Shown here in pieces: positions 1 to 8,990 of a DNA stretch of 64,000 bases. Where the stretch lies: NCBI GenBank assembly GCA_040219255.1, contig JAVJSW010000030.1, positions 17,794 through 81,793 of the forward strand, given 5' to 3'. Origin of the DNA: Sumerlaeia bacterium (GTDB taxonomy: Bacteria; Sumerlaeota; Sumerlaeia; SLMS01; JAHLLQ01). Positions within the stretch are counted from its first letter, which is position 1; every line of letters begins with the position of its first letter. Made by a program: the position numbers and the translations under genes. Below the pieces are notes generated by a model that worked only from the letters and a program-made list of their open reading frames with translations, was not told where the DNA came from and made no database searches.

Positions 1-1380
1 GGCAGCAATCGAGGCCGCGGGCGCCGGGTAGGAACCTTGTCCATAGGGCGAGCCCACGCCGTAGCCGCTGGCGGGGTAGGCTTCGTTGCCGTGCTCGATC
101 ACGTCGAGCCCGGCCACTTCTTCTTCTTCCGAGACGCGCAGCAGGCCGAGCTTCTTGAGCACGAAGAAGAAAACGAACATGATCGGGAAGACGAAGGCGA
201 AAGCCGCCGCGACACCGATGGCTTGGGTCAGGAGACTCGCCGAGGCGGGGGCGAAGATACCGACCGCCAGCGTGCCCCAGGCACCGCAGACACCGTGCAC
301 CGAAATGGCGCCGACCGGGTCGTCGATCTTGAGGATGTGCTCGAAGCCCATGATGGCCAGCACCACCACGACGCCCGCGACAAGGCCGATCACGATAGCC
401 GCCCACAGCGGCACAGCGTCGCAACCGGCTGTTATGCCGACGAGACCTGCGAGAGCGCCGTTCAGGGTCAGGCCCGTGTCCGGCTTCTTGAAGATCACCC
501 AAGTGGTAGCCATCGAGGCGACCACACCGGCGCAAGCGGCCAGGGTCGTGGTGGCGGCGATATAGCCGATGGCCCCGCTGGCGCCGTCGGTGGTGGAACC
601 GGCGTTGAAGCCGTACCAGCCGAACCACAGGATGAACGTACCCAGGGCGGCGAGAGGCATGCTGTGGCCGGGGATGGCGAGCGGCTTGCCGTCTTTCGTG
701 AACTTGCCAAGGCGGGGTCCGAGGACCAGCGCGCCGGCGAGACCGGCCCAGGCGCCGACGCTGTGCACGACGGTGGAGCCGGCGAAGTCGTAGAAGCCGA
801 GGCCTTCGAGCCAGCCGCTGCCCGCGTTATAGAGGCTGCCCCAGGCCCAGTGGCCGAAAATCGGGTAAATCAGCGCCGTCAGAAAGCACGTGTAGATCAA
901 GTAGCCGACGAATTTCGTGCGTTCCGCCATGGCGCCGGAAACGATGGTGGCGGCGGTGGCCGCGAAGACTGTCTGGAAGAACCAGAAGGTGTAGAGCCAG
1001 GCGGTGCCGCCATCGGCCATGCCCTCTTCGCCGGTGGTCAAATCCAGGCCGAAGAGCGTGGTTCCGAAGAAGCCACCTTTGGTCGCGCCAAACATGAGGC
1101 CGAAGCCGATGAAGAAGAACAGAAGCGAACCGAAACTGAAGTCCAGCACGTTCTTCATGATGATGTTACAGACGTTCTTGGCGCGCGTGAAGCCCGCCTC
1201 GACCATGGCGAAACCCGCCTGCATCAGCATAACCAATGCGCCTGCGATGAGAGTCCAGAGCAGGACGAAGGCGAAGCCGTAATCCGGGCCCGCCTCCGAT
1301 CCATCCTGGGCCAGAGCGGCACTGCTCAGCAGTGCCAGGGCTGGTACCAGCCGAAGAGAACGAGAGAGATACTTGGTCAC
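1..1380 (-). CDS. amt: Ammonium transporter (Amt family), 3' end runs off the window
   Basis: Not in the ORF track because it has no stop in the window. Manual translation from GTG 1380 gives MTKYLSRSLRLVPALALL...MLMQAGFAMVEAGFTRAKNVCNIIMKN...DFAGSTVVH...WFGWYGFN...GLDVIEHGNEAY. SD GAGGTG upstream. Confidence 0.95.
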   Translation of the reverse strand, partial: MTKYLSRSLRLVPALALLSSAALAQDGSEAGPDYGFAFVLLWTLIAGALVMLMQAGFAMVEAGFTRAKNVCNIIMKNVLDFSFGSLLFFFIGFGLMFGATKGGFFGTTLFGLDLTTGEEGMADGGTAWLYTFWFFQTVFAATAATIVSGAMAERTKFVGYLIYTCFLTALIYPIFGHWAWGSLYNAGSGWLEGLGFYDFAGSTVVHSVGAWAGLAGALVLGPRLGKFTKDGKPLAIPGHSMPLAALGTFILWFGWYGFNAGSTTDGASGAIGYIAATTTLAACAGVVASMATTWVIFKKPDTGLTLNGALAGLVGITAGCDAVPLWAAIVIGLVAGVVVVLAIMGFEHILKIDDPVGAISVHGVCGAWGTLAVGIFAPASASLLTQAIGVAAAFAFVFPIMFVFFFVLKKLGLLRVSEEEEVAGLDVIEHGNEAYPASGYGVGSPYGQGSYPAPAASIAA

Positions 1381-1524
1381 CTGTGACACCTCGCTTATGA
1401 GGAAATTGCAAGGCGAGGTGTATTCTGTAATTTTCTTCGATGCAACCTCGTGATTTTTTTGGAGCGATTGAATGACACGGACGACAAACCGGTCTTATGA
1501 CATTGCAAGCGTCACTTGTAACGC

Positions 1525-2256
1525 CTATCGCATCTGTCGCCGGCGCCAGTCGTCCTTGGGAAAGGGCACGAATTCATCGCACATTTCCATAAATCGCGAC
1601 ATCGTTCGCGGTCCCACGCGGGCGTCCAAGTCCTTGAAATCCAGGTTCGTGGTGATGATCAGCGCCTTGCCGTTCTCGTATCGCCGGTTGACGATTAGGT
1701 ACAGCCGGTCGCGGACCCAGTCGGTCGTCGATTCCGCCCCGATGTCGTCGAGCACCAGCAGGTCCGCCTGCTCGACATCTTCGAGGATTCGCCAGCCTTC
1801 GTTCGAATTCTTCTCGTTGAAGGAGCCCCGCAAATCGTCGAGCAGATCGCTGAAATTGTAGTAAATTCCCGAGTAACCGCGGCGGATCACCTCGCGCAGG
1901 ATCGCCACGGCGATGTGGGTCTTGCCCGAACCGACCGAGCCATGCAGCCGCAGTCCCTTGTCCGTCTCCGGACTCGTCGGGTCGAAGGTCGTGGCGAAGC
2001 TCATGGCCGTGTTGCGGATTTGGCGCCGCGCGCTGTCGCCCCGAGCGACTTCAAAGGTCTCGAAGGACTTCTCGGCGAACCGGGCCGGGATGCGGGCCAG
2101 CGCCAGCCGCCGGCGCAGCAAATCCTCTTCGAAGGCGCCGCAAACGCATCGCTTGGCGTCCAGAGAGCCCGGCACGTACAACACCCCCGTGCCTCCGCAT
2201 TCCGGACAGAGTTCCGGCTTGCCGGTCGATTTCTTCTGGGCGGACGTCCTGGCCAT
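1525..2256 (-). CDS. DnaC/DnaI/IstB-like AAA+ ATPase with N-terminal Zn finger
   Basis: CPECGGTG...CVC; Walker A GSVGSGKTH; Walker B LLVLDDIG; IITTN; RTMSRF. Confidence 0.85.
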   Translation of the reverse strand: MARTSAQKKSTGKPELCPECGGTGVLYVPGSLDAKRCVCGAFEEDLLRRRLALARIPARFAEKSFETFEVARGDSARRQIRNTAMSFATTFDPTSPETDKGLRLHGSVGSGKTHIAVAILREVIRRGYSGIYYNFSDLLDDLRGSFNEKNSNEGWRILEDVEQADLLVLDDIGAESTTDWVRDRLYLIVNRRYENGKALIITTNLDFKDLDARVGPRTMSRFMEMCDEFVPFPKDDWRRRQMR

Positions 2257-2461
2257 GGTCGGGGAAACCTCCTCAATACGCTGGGGTCAGAAGGTGTATC
2301 CACCCCCGCCCGGGATGTACAGAGAGAGTTTTTTCATTCCCGCAACTCCCCCGTTCCCAGGCCTCCCTTGACCTGAATCGCTCTGCCGGTGCCAATGTTC
2401 CGCGCCGCCGCCTCGCCGTGGCCGCCCTATTCATCTCGCGGGTGCCTCCCGGATTTGCTCC

Positions 2462-3373
2462 ATGCCTGACTCGTCGCCTGCCCCCAACCCCCTTCGCCAG
2501 TGGACCCGCCGCGTGCTCGTAATGCTTCTCGCCATCGTTATCGGTTTCGCCGTGCTCTATGGCGCCGCGCTCTACTTTCTCCAGCGCCAGCTTTCCTTCC
2601 CCTCGCCGGGGCCCTATCAGGTCATCGAATTGGCCGGCTATCCCACGGCCCAGCGCATCGATTACGACACGCCCGACGGCCGGCAGGCCGCCTTTTATCT
2701 GCCCCCGGCCAACGGCGGGGGAGAGGACGGCGTGCCGGAAACGCTCTGGGTCGCCTTCAACGGCAATGCCTCGCTGGCGCTTTGGTGGGTGGATGTGATC
2801 GAGGACGCCCCGAACGACAACGCGGCCTGGCTGCTGGTGGACTATCCGGGCTATGGCTTCAGCGAAGGCGGCCCTTCGCGGGAGGGTGTCATCCGCAACG
2901 GCCGCGAAGCCTACGTGGCCCTCGCACGGCACCTCGGCGCTGAGCCCGAAGCCCTGGAAAAAGACCTCAATGTCCTCGGTTACAGCATGGGCTCCGCCGC
3001 CGCGCTCGAATTCGCCACGCGCCACAATGTCCAAAGCGTCCTCCTGATGGCGCCCTACACCAGCCTGATGGATATGGCCAAGACGACCGTCGTGCCCCCT
3101 TATCACCTGCTGCTGCGCGATCGCTTCGACAACCGCGCCCGACTGGCCGAACTCGCCCAGCAAGACCCCGCGCCCGCCGTCACCATCATCCATGGCACCG
3201 CCGACAACATCATTCCTGTCGCCATGGGCGAGGAGCTGGCCGGGTCTTATCCGTCGGACCGCATGACCTTCATCCCCATCGAGAACGTCGATCACAACTT
3301 CCTCGCCGAGGCCGCCAAGCCTCACATCCACGACGCCGTCAGCACCGCCAGCAAGCGCTACCGCCAGCCATGA
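2462..3373 (+). CDS. Membrane-anchored alpha/beta hydrolase
   Basis: N-terminal TM helix; DYPGYG, GYSMG nucleophile elbow, HGTAD, DHN. Confidence 0.9.
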   Translation: MPDSSPAPNPLRQWTRRVLVMLLAIVIGFAVLYGAALYFLQRQLSFPSPGPYQVIELAGYPTAQRIDYDTPDGRQAAFYLPPANGGGEDGVPETLWVAFNGNASLALWWVDVIEDAPNDNAAWLLVDYPGYGFSEGGPSREGVIRNGREAYVALARHLGAEPEALEKDLNVLGYSMGSAAALEFATRHNVQSVLLMAPYTSLMDMAKTTVVPPYHLLLRDRFDNRARLAELAQQDPAPAVTIIHGTADNIIPVAMGEELAGSYPSDRMTFIPIENVDHNFLAEAAKPHIHDAVSTASKRYRQP

Positions 3374-4083
3374 CGGATCGCGCCGCGCACCTACTCTTTC
3401 CCCGGTGGATCGAGGCCAGCGGCCTGCCGCAGCAGATGGCGGAAGAAACGAAGAATCCCCACGCCTATTGGCTGTTCCGCAAGCTGATCGAACTCGACAT
3501 CGACCACAATCGCCGGGCGCCTGGAGTGGTGGAGATTTCGCCGAAAGGCCTTGGGGGCCTGACCGGCCTCCACGCGGGCCAAGTGGACAAGGCGGTCAAG
3601 AAACTCCGCGGCACGAAATCGCGCAGGGGCTGGGTACGCTGTTTCCTGCCGGACCACGAGGAAGAACCGGGCCTCTTTCAGATCGTCACCCCCCTGGAAA
3701 CCCCGACACCCTGGGAGGTCGTCCGCGAATGCGACGCCTTGCTGAGGGACTTGCCCGATTCGGCGTTCCGCTATGCCACGCCCACGCCCGAGGAGGCGGC
3801 GGGCGAGGAGGACGGCTGCGAAGCCTGCGAAGGCGGCGCGCGCTCCGATCCAAAGATTCGCGCGGTGGTCGATTTGTACTTCGATAATGTGTCGATGAAA
3901 ATGAATTCCTTTATCCTCGATGAGTTGCGCCTCATCGCGATGCGCTACGACCCGAAACTGATCGAGGCGGTTTTCCAGCGGGCGCGGAAAAAAGAGATTC
4001 AGAACCTTGGCTGGATCCTGAAGGAAATCCGCCGGGAGAAGGGCGCCGGCAAGGACGACAAGCAGCCGGGGGGAGTGGGGTAG
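3370..4083 (+). CDS. DnaD-like / phage-initiator-like protein (N-terminal wHTH, C-terminal DnaD-like helical domain)
   Basis: ATGA overlap with upstream gene; HTH-like VEISPKGLGGLTGLHAGQVDKAVKKL; C-terminal VVDLYFDNVSMKMNSFILDEL...YDPKLIEAVFQRA...NLGWILKEI resembles the DnaB_2/DnaD pattern. Confidence 0.55.
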   Translation: MTDRAAHLLFPRWIEASGLPQQMAEETKNPHAYWLFRKLIELDIDHNRRAPGVVEISPKGLGGLTGLHAGQVDKAVKKLRGTKSRRGWVRCFLPDHEEEPGLFQIVTPLETPTPWEVVRECDALLRDLPDSAFRYATPTPEEAAGEEDGCEACEGGARSDPKIRAVVDLYFDNVSMKMNSFILDELRLIAMRYDPKLIEAVFQRARKKEIQNLGWILKEIRREKGAGKDDKQPGGVG

Positions 4084-4098
4084 GATGGACTTTTTTTT

Positions 4099-4213
4099 GC
4101 CGCCGATAAATGGGATGGATGCAGATATTTTTTCATAGCCTAAGCTTATCAATGATTCATTTCTGTCTGTGGCAAAAAGTTCCTGAATCCTATTTATCCT
4201 ATTCATCCGCGGC
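4099..4213. repeat. Imperfect inverted repeat built from 9-10 nt units ending in (G)GAT
   Basis: Left arm GCCGCCGAT-AAATGGGAT-GGATGCAGAT (4099-4126); reverse complement of right arm (4187-4213) GCCGCGGAT-GAATAGGAT-AAATAGGAT; AT-rich spacer. Confidence 0.6.
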
Positions 4214-4312
4214 CAAATAAAAATCCCCCGCACCCGTTGCCCCTTGCCCCTCGGCCGTGTCCCGCCTCATGGTCGTTGCACAAATCCTGGCCCAGAAGGG
4301 AACCCCATCGCC

Positions 4313-5398
4313 ATGTCCAAGCCGATCGTCATCATCGGAGGCGGCATCGCCGGAATCGCGGCCGCTTCGGAACTTCGCCGCGCCGGAGCCGAGCCGCTTC
4401 TGCTGGAAGCGGAGCGGACCCTTGGCGGGCGCTTGACCTCGCTCTCCGGCGATGGCTGGCGCGCCGATGTGACTGCACCGTACTTCAGCCAGACCGACAC
4501 CGCACTCTGGAGCCTGGTCCGCGAATCCGGCCTCATGGTCGAGGCCAACGTCCTCGGCGATATCCTCAAGCGCATCGCCCCGGACAACCGCCTCGCTTCC
4601 CATAACAAACCCTTCGACAGCCGCCGCGTGGCCTTGCGCTCGGGCTGGAGCAGTTTTTTTCACTGGTGGACCCGCTACCTTCGCATTCGCTACGGCGCGC
4701 GTATCGACGCCGTCCGGTGGGACAAGGAGGAGAACGCCTTCCTCCTGCGCGACGCGGTGACGAAGAAGCCTTACCAGGGCCCGGACCGGCGGGACCTTCA
4801 CGCCAAAGCCGTCCTCCTCGCCGTGCCCGGCCCCCAGGCTGCCGCCATCGCCGCCAACAGCGCCGTCCTCGAACCCGTCCGAGCGCCCCTCGCGCAGGCC
4901 GTTGGCTATGCCCCGCGTGTGGTCGGCGTGTTCCTGTGCGATGCGGTCGATCCGGGCTTCTATGGCGCCGAGGGTGAAGAAGGCGCCAACCTGGAATGGC
5001 TGGCCTTTGAGGAGCGCAAGGGCGGCATCGGCCAGGCCCCCGCGGGCAGTTCGCTCGTCGTGGCGCGGGCCTCCCGGGCATTGAGCGAACGCCTCTTCGG
5101 AGCGAGCGAAGACGAAGTTCTCGCCCGCCTCTGGTCCGAATGCCGCGCTCTCGTCCCCGCCCTGCCCGAGAAGCGCCAGGAAGCGCACGCCCTGCGTTGG
5201 AAAGCCGCCTATCCCCGCAAAGAGGCCCTGATCCAGATCGGCGCCAGCGGCCTGCCCACCCGCCCGGAAGGCGCCGCCATCGACATCGCCGGAGACTACG
5301 CCGGCGGAGGCTCCGACGCCGGAGCCGCCCAGTCCGGTCTGGAAGCCGCGCAGCGGCTCATCGGCCGCCTCAAGGCCCAGGGCGAATCCTTCCGTTGA
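4313..5398 (+). CDS. FAD-dependent oxidoreductase (renalase / amine-oxidase-like)
   Basis: MSKPIVIIGGGIAG, LGGRL, RW..A.P, AGDY...AAQSG. Confidence 0.85.
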   Translation: MSKPIVIIGGGIAGIAAASELRRAGAEPLLLEAERTLGGRLTSLSGDGWRADVTAPYFSQTDTALWSLVRESGLMVEANVLGDILKRIAPDNRLASHNKPFDSRRVALRSGWSSFFHWWTRYLRIRYGARIDAVRWDKEENAFLLRDAVTKKPYQGPDRRDLHAKAVLLAVPGPQAAAIAANSAVLEPVRAPLAQAVGYAPRVVGVFLCDAVDPGFYGAEGEEGANLEWLAFEERKGGIGQAPAGSSLVVARASRALSERLFGASEDEVLARLWSECRALVPALPEKRQEAHALRWKAAYPRKEALIQIGASGLPTRPEGAAIDIAGDYAGGGSDAGAAQSGLEAAQRLIGRLKAQGESFR

Positions 5399-5590
5399 TT
5401 CGTGCCGCAAGCACGAATCACGAACGGCATGGGCTGCATGGCCTGAAGCCTCGCAATGCCCCAGAACCCGGCCTCGTGTCTCGGCGGGGAAGCCGGAGCC
5501 ATGCCATCGCCCCGCCGCCTCACATCCCGCCCCCCGGCACCGAATCGCGCGCAGCGCGCAACCCCGAACGAACACAAGGACCATTGAACC

Positions 5591-6289
5591 ATGCCGTTGG
5601 CAGCCTCCGAACTCCTCGACCCCATGCCCGAGACGAAATCCTATTTCGTGCGGCGGCTGAAGAGGTGCAAGATCGACATCGAATCCTTCGCCACGCCCCT
5701 TTCCGTGTGTACGATGGAAGGCTGCCAAGGCATGTGCTGCTATGACGGAGTCTGCCTGGACGAGGACGAGGAGCGCTATATCGCGGCGGTGGTGCGCGCC
5801 CACCCGAAGCACTTCGAGGAGGTGGGGGTAACCCCGGAGAATGCCTTCGAGGACGCCCTGTTCCTGGACGTGGAAACGCGCAAGACGGCAACCAAGCCAT
5901 GCACCTACAAGAAGCGCGTCGGCTTTCCCGAGCACTTCGAGAAAGCCTCCTGCGTTTTTCGCCACAAGGACGGCCGGTGCAGCCTGCAAGGCCTCGCCAT
6001 GGAGCACGGCGAGCATCCCTGGGCCTACAAGCCGATGTCGTGCTGGCTGCATCCCATCAGCCTCGAGCGCGACGGGCGCACGATCATTTGGTTGCCCCGA
6101 ATCGAGACGGATCACTTGCGCGAGGAGGGGTATCCGGGCTATGCTCCCTATACCCATTGCGGCCGCGAATGCGCGGGCGGCGTGCCCGCCTACAAAGCGC
6201 TTAAGGACGAACTCAAGACCCTGGGCGCCATCGTCGGCCGCGACGTCTACGGCGAAATCAAAGCGGCCGTGAAGGCGATGAAGAGCTGA
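5591..6289 (+). CDS. Cys-rich DUF3109-like protein
   Basis: C..GCQGMCC.DG, CVF...CSLQ, KP.SCWLHP, C...C. Confidence 0.7.
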   Translation: MPLAASELLDPMPETKSYFVRRLKRCKIDIESFATPLSVCTMEGCQGMCCYDGVCLDEDEERYIAAVVRAHPKHFEEVGVTPENAFEDALFLDVETRKTATKPCTYKKRVGFPEHFEKASCVFRHKDGRCSLQGLAMEHGEHPWAYKPMSCWLHPISLERDGRTIIWLPRIETDHLREEGYPGYAPYTHCGRECAGGVPAYKALKDELKTLGAIVGRDVYGEIKAAVKAMKS

Positions 6290-6299
6290 CGAAAGGTGC

Positions 6300-6896
6300 G
6301 TGATCATGAACGTGCCAGGCGAGCCCTCCCAAAAGCGCAATAAGAAGAAGAGAGAGTCCTCGGTTCGCGGATGTCTCGCCTCGCTGCAGCTTGTCGTCCC
6401 CCTGGTGGTCGTTGTGGTGGTTATTATCCGCTGCAGCCGCACCAAAGAGTCCGAACTGCTCGCCCGCGCCGAAGCTCTCAACCGGCCCGCGGCCTTCACC
6501 TGCCAGACGATTCCCATTCCGCCCGGCGCCGTCCGGGTCGATTGCGCCGAAATGGTTTCCGGCTCCGAGTCCTACAATCTGGTGGTGGTGCATCCCGCAA
6601 CGGTTGCGGAACTGATCGCTTTTTACGAGAACGCCCTCTCGCGCGAGGCGGCGCTGGTGCTGCGAGCTCCCGCCGTGGACTTCGCCGCTGGGCCCTCGGG
6701 CAAGGAAACCCGGGTCGCGATGAGGGGGGAATTCCAGTTGGCGCTTTCCGCCGTGGCCAACGCCCGCGAACCCGGCTCGACAATCACTCTCGCCTGGTAC
6801 AATCGCTCGCCGAATTTCCGTTCCGACTTCGGCCCGGGCCAGCAGCAGACCCTCCAGGAAACCTTCCAATCCATGAAGAAGGTCCCGACCCATTAG
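6300..6896 (+). CDS. Hypothetical single-TM protein
   Basis: ORF within an operon; basic N-terminus followed by a hydrophobic helix. Confidence 0.55.
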   Translation: MIMNVPGEPSQKRNKKKRESSVRGCLASLQLVVPLVVVVVVIIRCSRTKESELLARAEALNRPAAFTCQTIPIPPGAVRVDCAEMVSGSESYNLVVVHPATVAELIAFYENALSREAALVLRAPAVDFAAGPSGKETRVAMRGEFQLALSAVANAREPGSTITLAWYNRSPNFRSDFGPGQQQTLQETFQSMKKVPTH

Positions 6897-7806
6897 TCCC
6901 CCGCCTCTCGTCGCTGGTCTCGGCAATGCTATCTGGGACACATTCCTCGTGGTGGAAAACTATCCGGAGGAGGACACGCGGTCGCGGGTCGAGGAACTGC
7001 ATACCTGCGGCGGAGGAGAGACGGCGACGGCGATGCGGGCCTTGGCGCGATGGGGCGTGGCCAGCCGCCTGATCGGCCGCGTCGGACAGGACGACGCCGG
7101 GCGCCACATCCGCGAAGCGCTCGGCGCCGACGGCGTGGATATTTCGCGCCTCGATACGGTACCCGGCGCGCCCACGCGCCAGAGCTTCATCGTGGTGAAC
7201 CGCGCCACGGGGATGCGCACGGTGTTCTCGACCACTCCGGCGACGGTGGCAATGCGGGCCGGGGAGGTGGACGGCACGATGCTCGACGGCGTGAGCCTGC
7301 TGCACCTCGATGGCTCCCATGGCCCGGCGGCTCTCGAACTCGCTCGAGAGGCTCATCGCCGCGGCATTCCCCTCATGCTCGACGCCAGCCGTACGCCTCC
7401 GCAAATCGAGGAACTGATGGCGCTGGCCGACTACCTGGTGGCGGATGCGGCGTTCGCCTTGGCTTTCACCGGGCTGGAGGGCGCCGAGGGCGTTCGGGCT
7501 CTTCACCGGGAACGGCCCCGGACACTGACCGCCGCAACCTTTGGCCTGGCTGGCTGCCACGCCGTGCTCGCCGATGGCACAACCCTGCATCAGCCCGCCT
7601 TCTCCATCTCGCCGGCAGTGGACACGACGGGAGCGGGCGACTTGTTTCACGCGGCGGTGGATTTTGGAATCGTCCGCGGTTGGCCGATCGGGCGGACATT
7701 GCGCTGGGCGTCGGCGGCGGGGGCCTTGGCTTGCCGGGCTCTGGGCTCCCAAGGCGGCATCCCCAGCGCGGCGGAGGTCGATGCGCTGGGGGGCGGGGCG
7801 GAGTAG
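6892..7806 (+). CDS. PfkB-family carbohydrate kinase (start probably non-canonical ATT at 6892)
   Basis: GGG.TAT, GRVGQDDAG, VDTTGAGDLF; the conserved N-terminal VAGLGNAIWD lies in frame upstream of the track start at 6949. Confidence 0.85.
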   Translation: MSPPPLVAGLGNAIWDTFLVVENYPEEDTRSRVEELHTCGGGETATAMRALARWGVASRLIGRVGQDDAGRHIREALGADGVDISRLDTVPGAPTRQSFIVVNRATGMRTVFSTTPATVAMRAGEVDGTMLDGVSLLHLDGSHGPAALELAREAHRRGIPLMLDASRTPPQIEELMALADYLVADAAFALAFTGLEGAEGVRALHRERPRTLTAATFGLAGCHAVLADGTTLHQPAFSISPAVDTTGAGDLFHAAVDFGIVRGWPIGRTLRWASAAGALACRALGSQGGIPSAAEVDALGGGAE

Positions 7807-7817
7807 AAGCCGGTCCC

Positions 7818-8423
7818 TTACTCCTTCGCCTCTTCCAAGGCTTCGGCGATGTCTTCCTGCTCCGGATCGAGTTCCAGGCTTCGCTCCCAGCACTCGATGG
7901 CGGCGTCCACGTTGTCAGCGACCATGAAAAGGGCGCCCTGGCCGTTGAGGGAGGGCACGTGCTCTTCGTCAATGGCCAGGGCGGCGTCGAATGCGTTCAT
8001 CGCCTCCTCGTAGAGGGCCACGAGGTCCGCGTCGTCTTCCCAGGAGCCATGGCCTTCGTTGTCGTCCATGCCTTCGGTGAAGAGCATGAGGGCGGCCTGG
8101 CCGAGATTGTAGAGGATGACGGGTTCGTCGGAGTAGCGTTCGGCGAGGTCCTGGAAGTGCTCCATGGCTTCGGCGTAGTCGCTGCTCTCGATCAGGCTCT
8201 CACCCTCCTCGATGAGGGTGGTGAGGTCATCCTCCTCGTCCTCGGCGGCCTCTTCTTCGTCGTCGAGGAGCGAAAACTCGCCGGCGTCTTCGTCGGCTTC
8301 TTCATCGAGAGCGACAAACCCTTCCGAGTCCCCGTCGCCGCCGTCGTCTTCCAATTCCTCTTCCGGTTCTCCGTACCAGAGGCCGTCGTCCGCGGAATCG
8401 GCATTCCATTGTGAGCGGGTCAT
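7818..8423 (-). CDS. Highly acidic TPR protein
   Basis: D/E-rich N-terminus; TPR-like ILYNLGQA and AIECWERSLELDP; SD AAGGAG. Confidence 0.75.
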   Translation of the reverse strand: MTRSQWNADSADDGLWYGEPEEELEDDGGDGDSEGFVALDEEADEDAGEFSLLDDEEEAAEDEEDDLTTLIEEGESLIESSDYAEAMEHFQDLAERYSDEPVILYNLGQAALMLFTEGMDDNEGHGSWEDDADLVALYEEAMNAFDAALAIDEEHVPSLNGQGALFMVADNVDAAIECWERSLELDPEQEDIAEALEEAKE

Positions 8424-8678
8424 GTTCTTGTGAACTCCTTAGTCAACTGTGTGTGCGCGCGCGTGGCGGGGTGGGTTGGGGGGGTGGATGCCGAAGCTAT
8501 GGTCCGGAGCCGGGGGGATTTCCACAGCCATCGAGTCCGACCGCTATATGCCCCCCGGGGCTGATGCAAGGACAAAAGGAACGGTGACGAAGAGTTTTTC
8601 GCCGGTTCTCATTTGGCCTTTGCCGCTGGGGCCCTCCGGGTTACCTTTGGCCCTCTAACCTCCGGAGGAATTCGTTCC

Positions 8679-8990
8679 ATGGAAACCCTCGAAGTCATTT
8701 GTCCCGACTGCGGTACCGTCTTGATTGTCAATCGCCTGACAGGCGGTGTGCTGGAGACACGCAAACCCGATAAAGAGGAAGAGAAGCAGGTCAAGGAAAA
8801 CCGTTTCGACGAAGCGCGCCGCCGCGCGAAAGAGTCGGAAGAGCGAGCCGCCAAGAAATTCAAGGCGGCGCAGGAGGCCGAAAAGGACAAGTTCGCGAAG
8901 CTGGACGCCTTGTTCAAGGATCGAAAAAAAGAAATCGAGGACGACGGGGAGGAAATTGGACGGCCCGCGAGCCCCTTCGACTTGGATTGA
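8679..8990 (+). CDS. Small protein with CPxC knuckle and charged coiled coil
   Basis: SD GGAGG; METLEVICPDCGTVLIV...; C-terminal SPFDLD. Confidence 0.75.
   Translation: METLEVICPDCGTVLIVNRLTGGVLETRKPDKEEEKQVKENRFDEARRRAKESEERAAKKFKAAQEAEKDKFAKLDALFKDRKKEIEDDGEEIGRPASPFDLD

Noticed and set aside
37-1386. 449-aa plus-strand ORF and many similar long antisense or alternative-frame ORFs (e.g. 4199-6517, 23320-25095, 28321-30198, 40972-42891)
   Set aside because: Shadow ORFs of high-GC genes; the opposite strand or another frame carries clear family motifs.
5396-5590. 10-bp hairpin and structured-looking leader with a faint B12-box-like AAGCCGGAGCCATGCC
   Set aside because: Core cobalamin riboswitch elements (GGGAA...GGTG, GCAACTGT) are not recognisable; an Infernal/Rfam scan would be needed.
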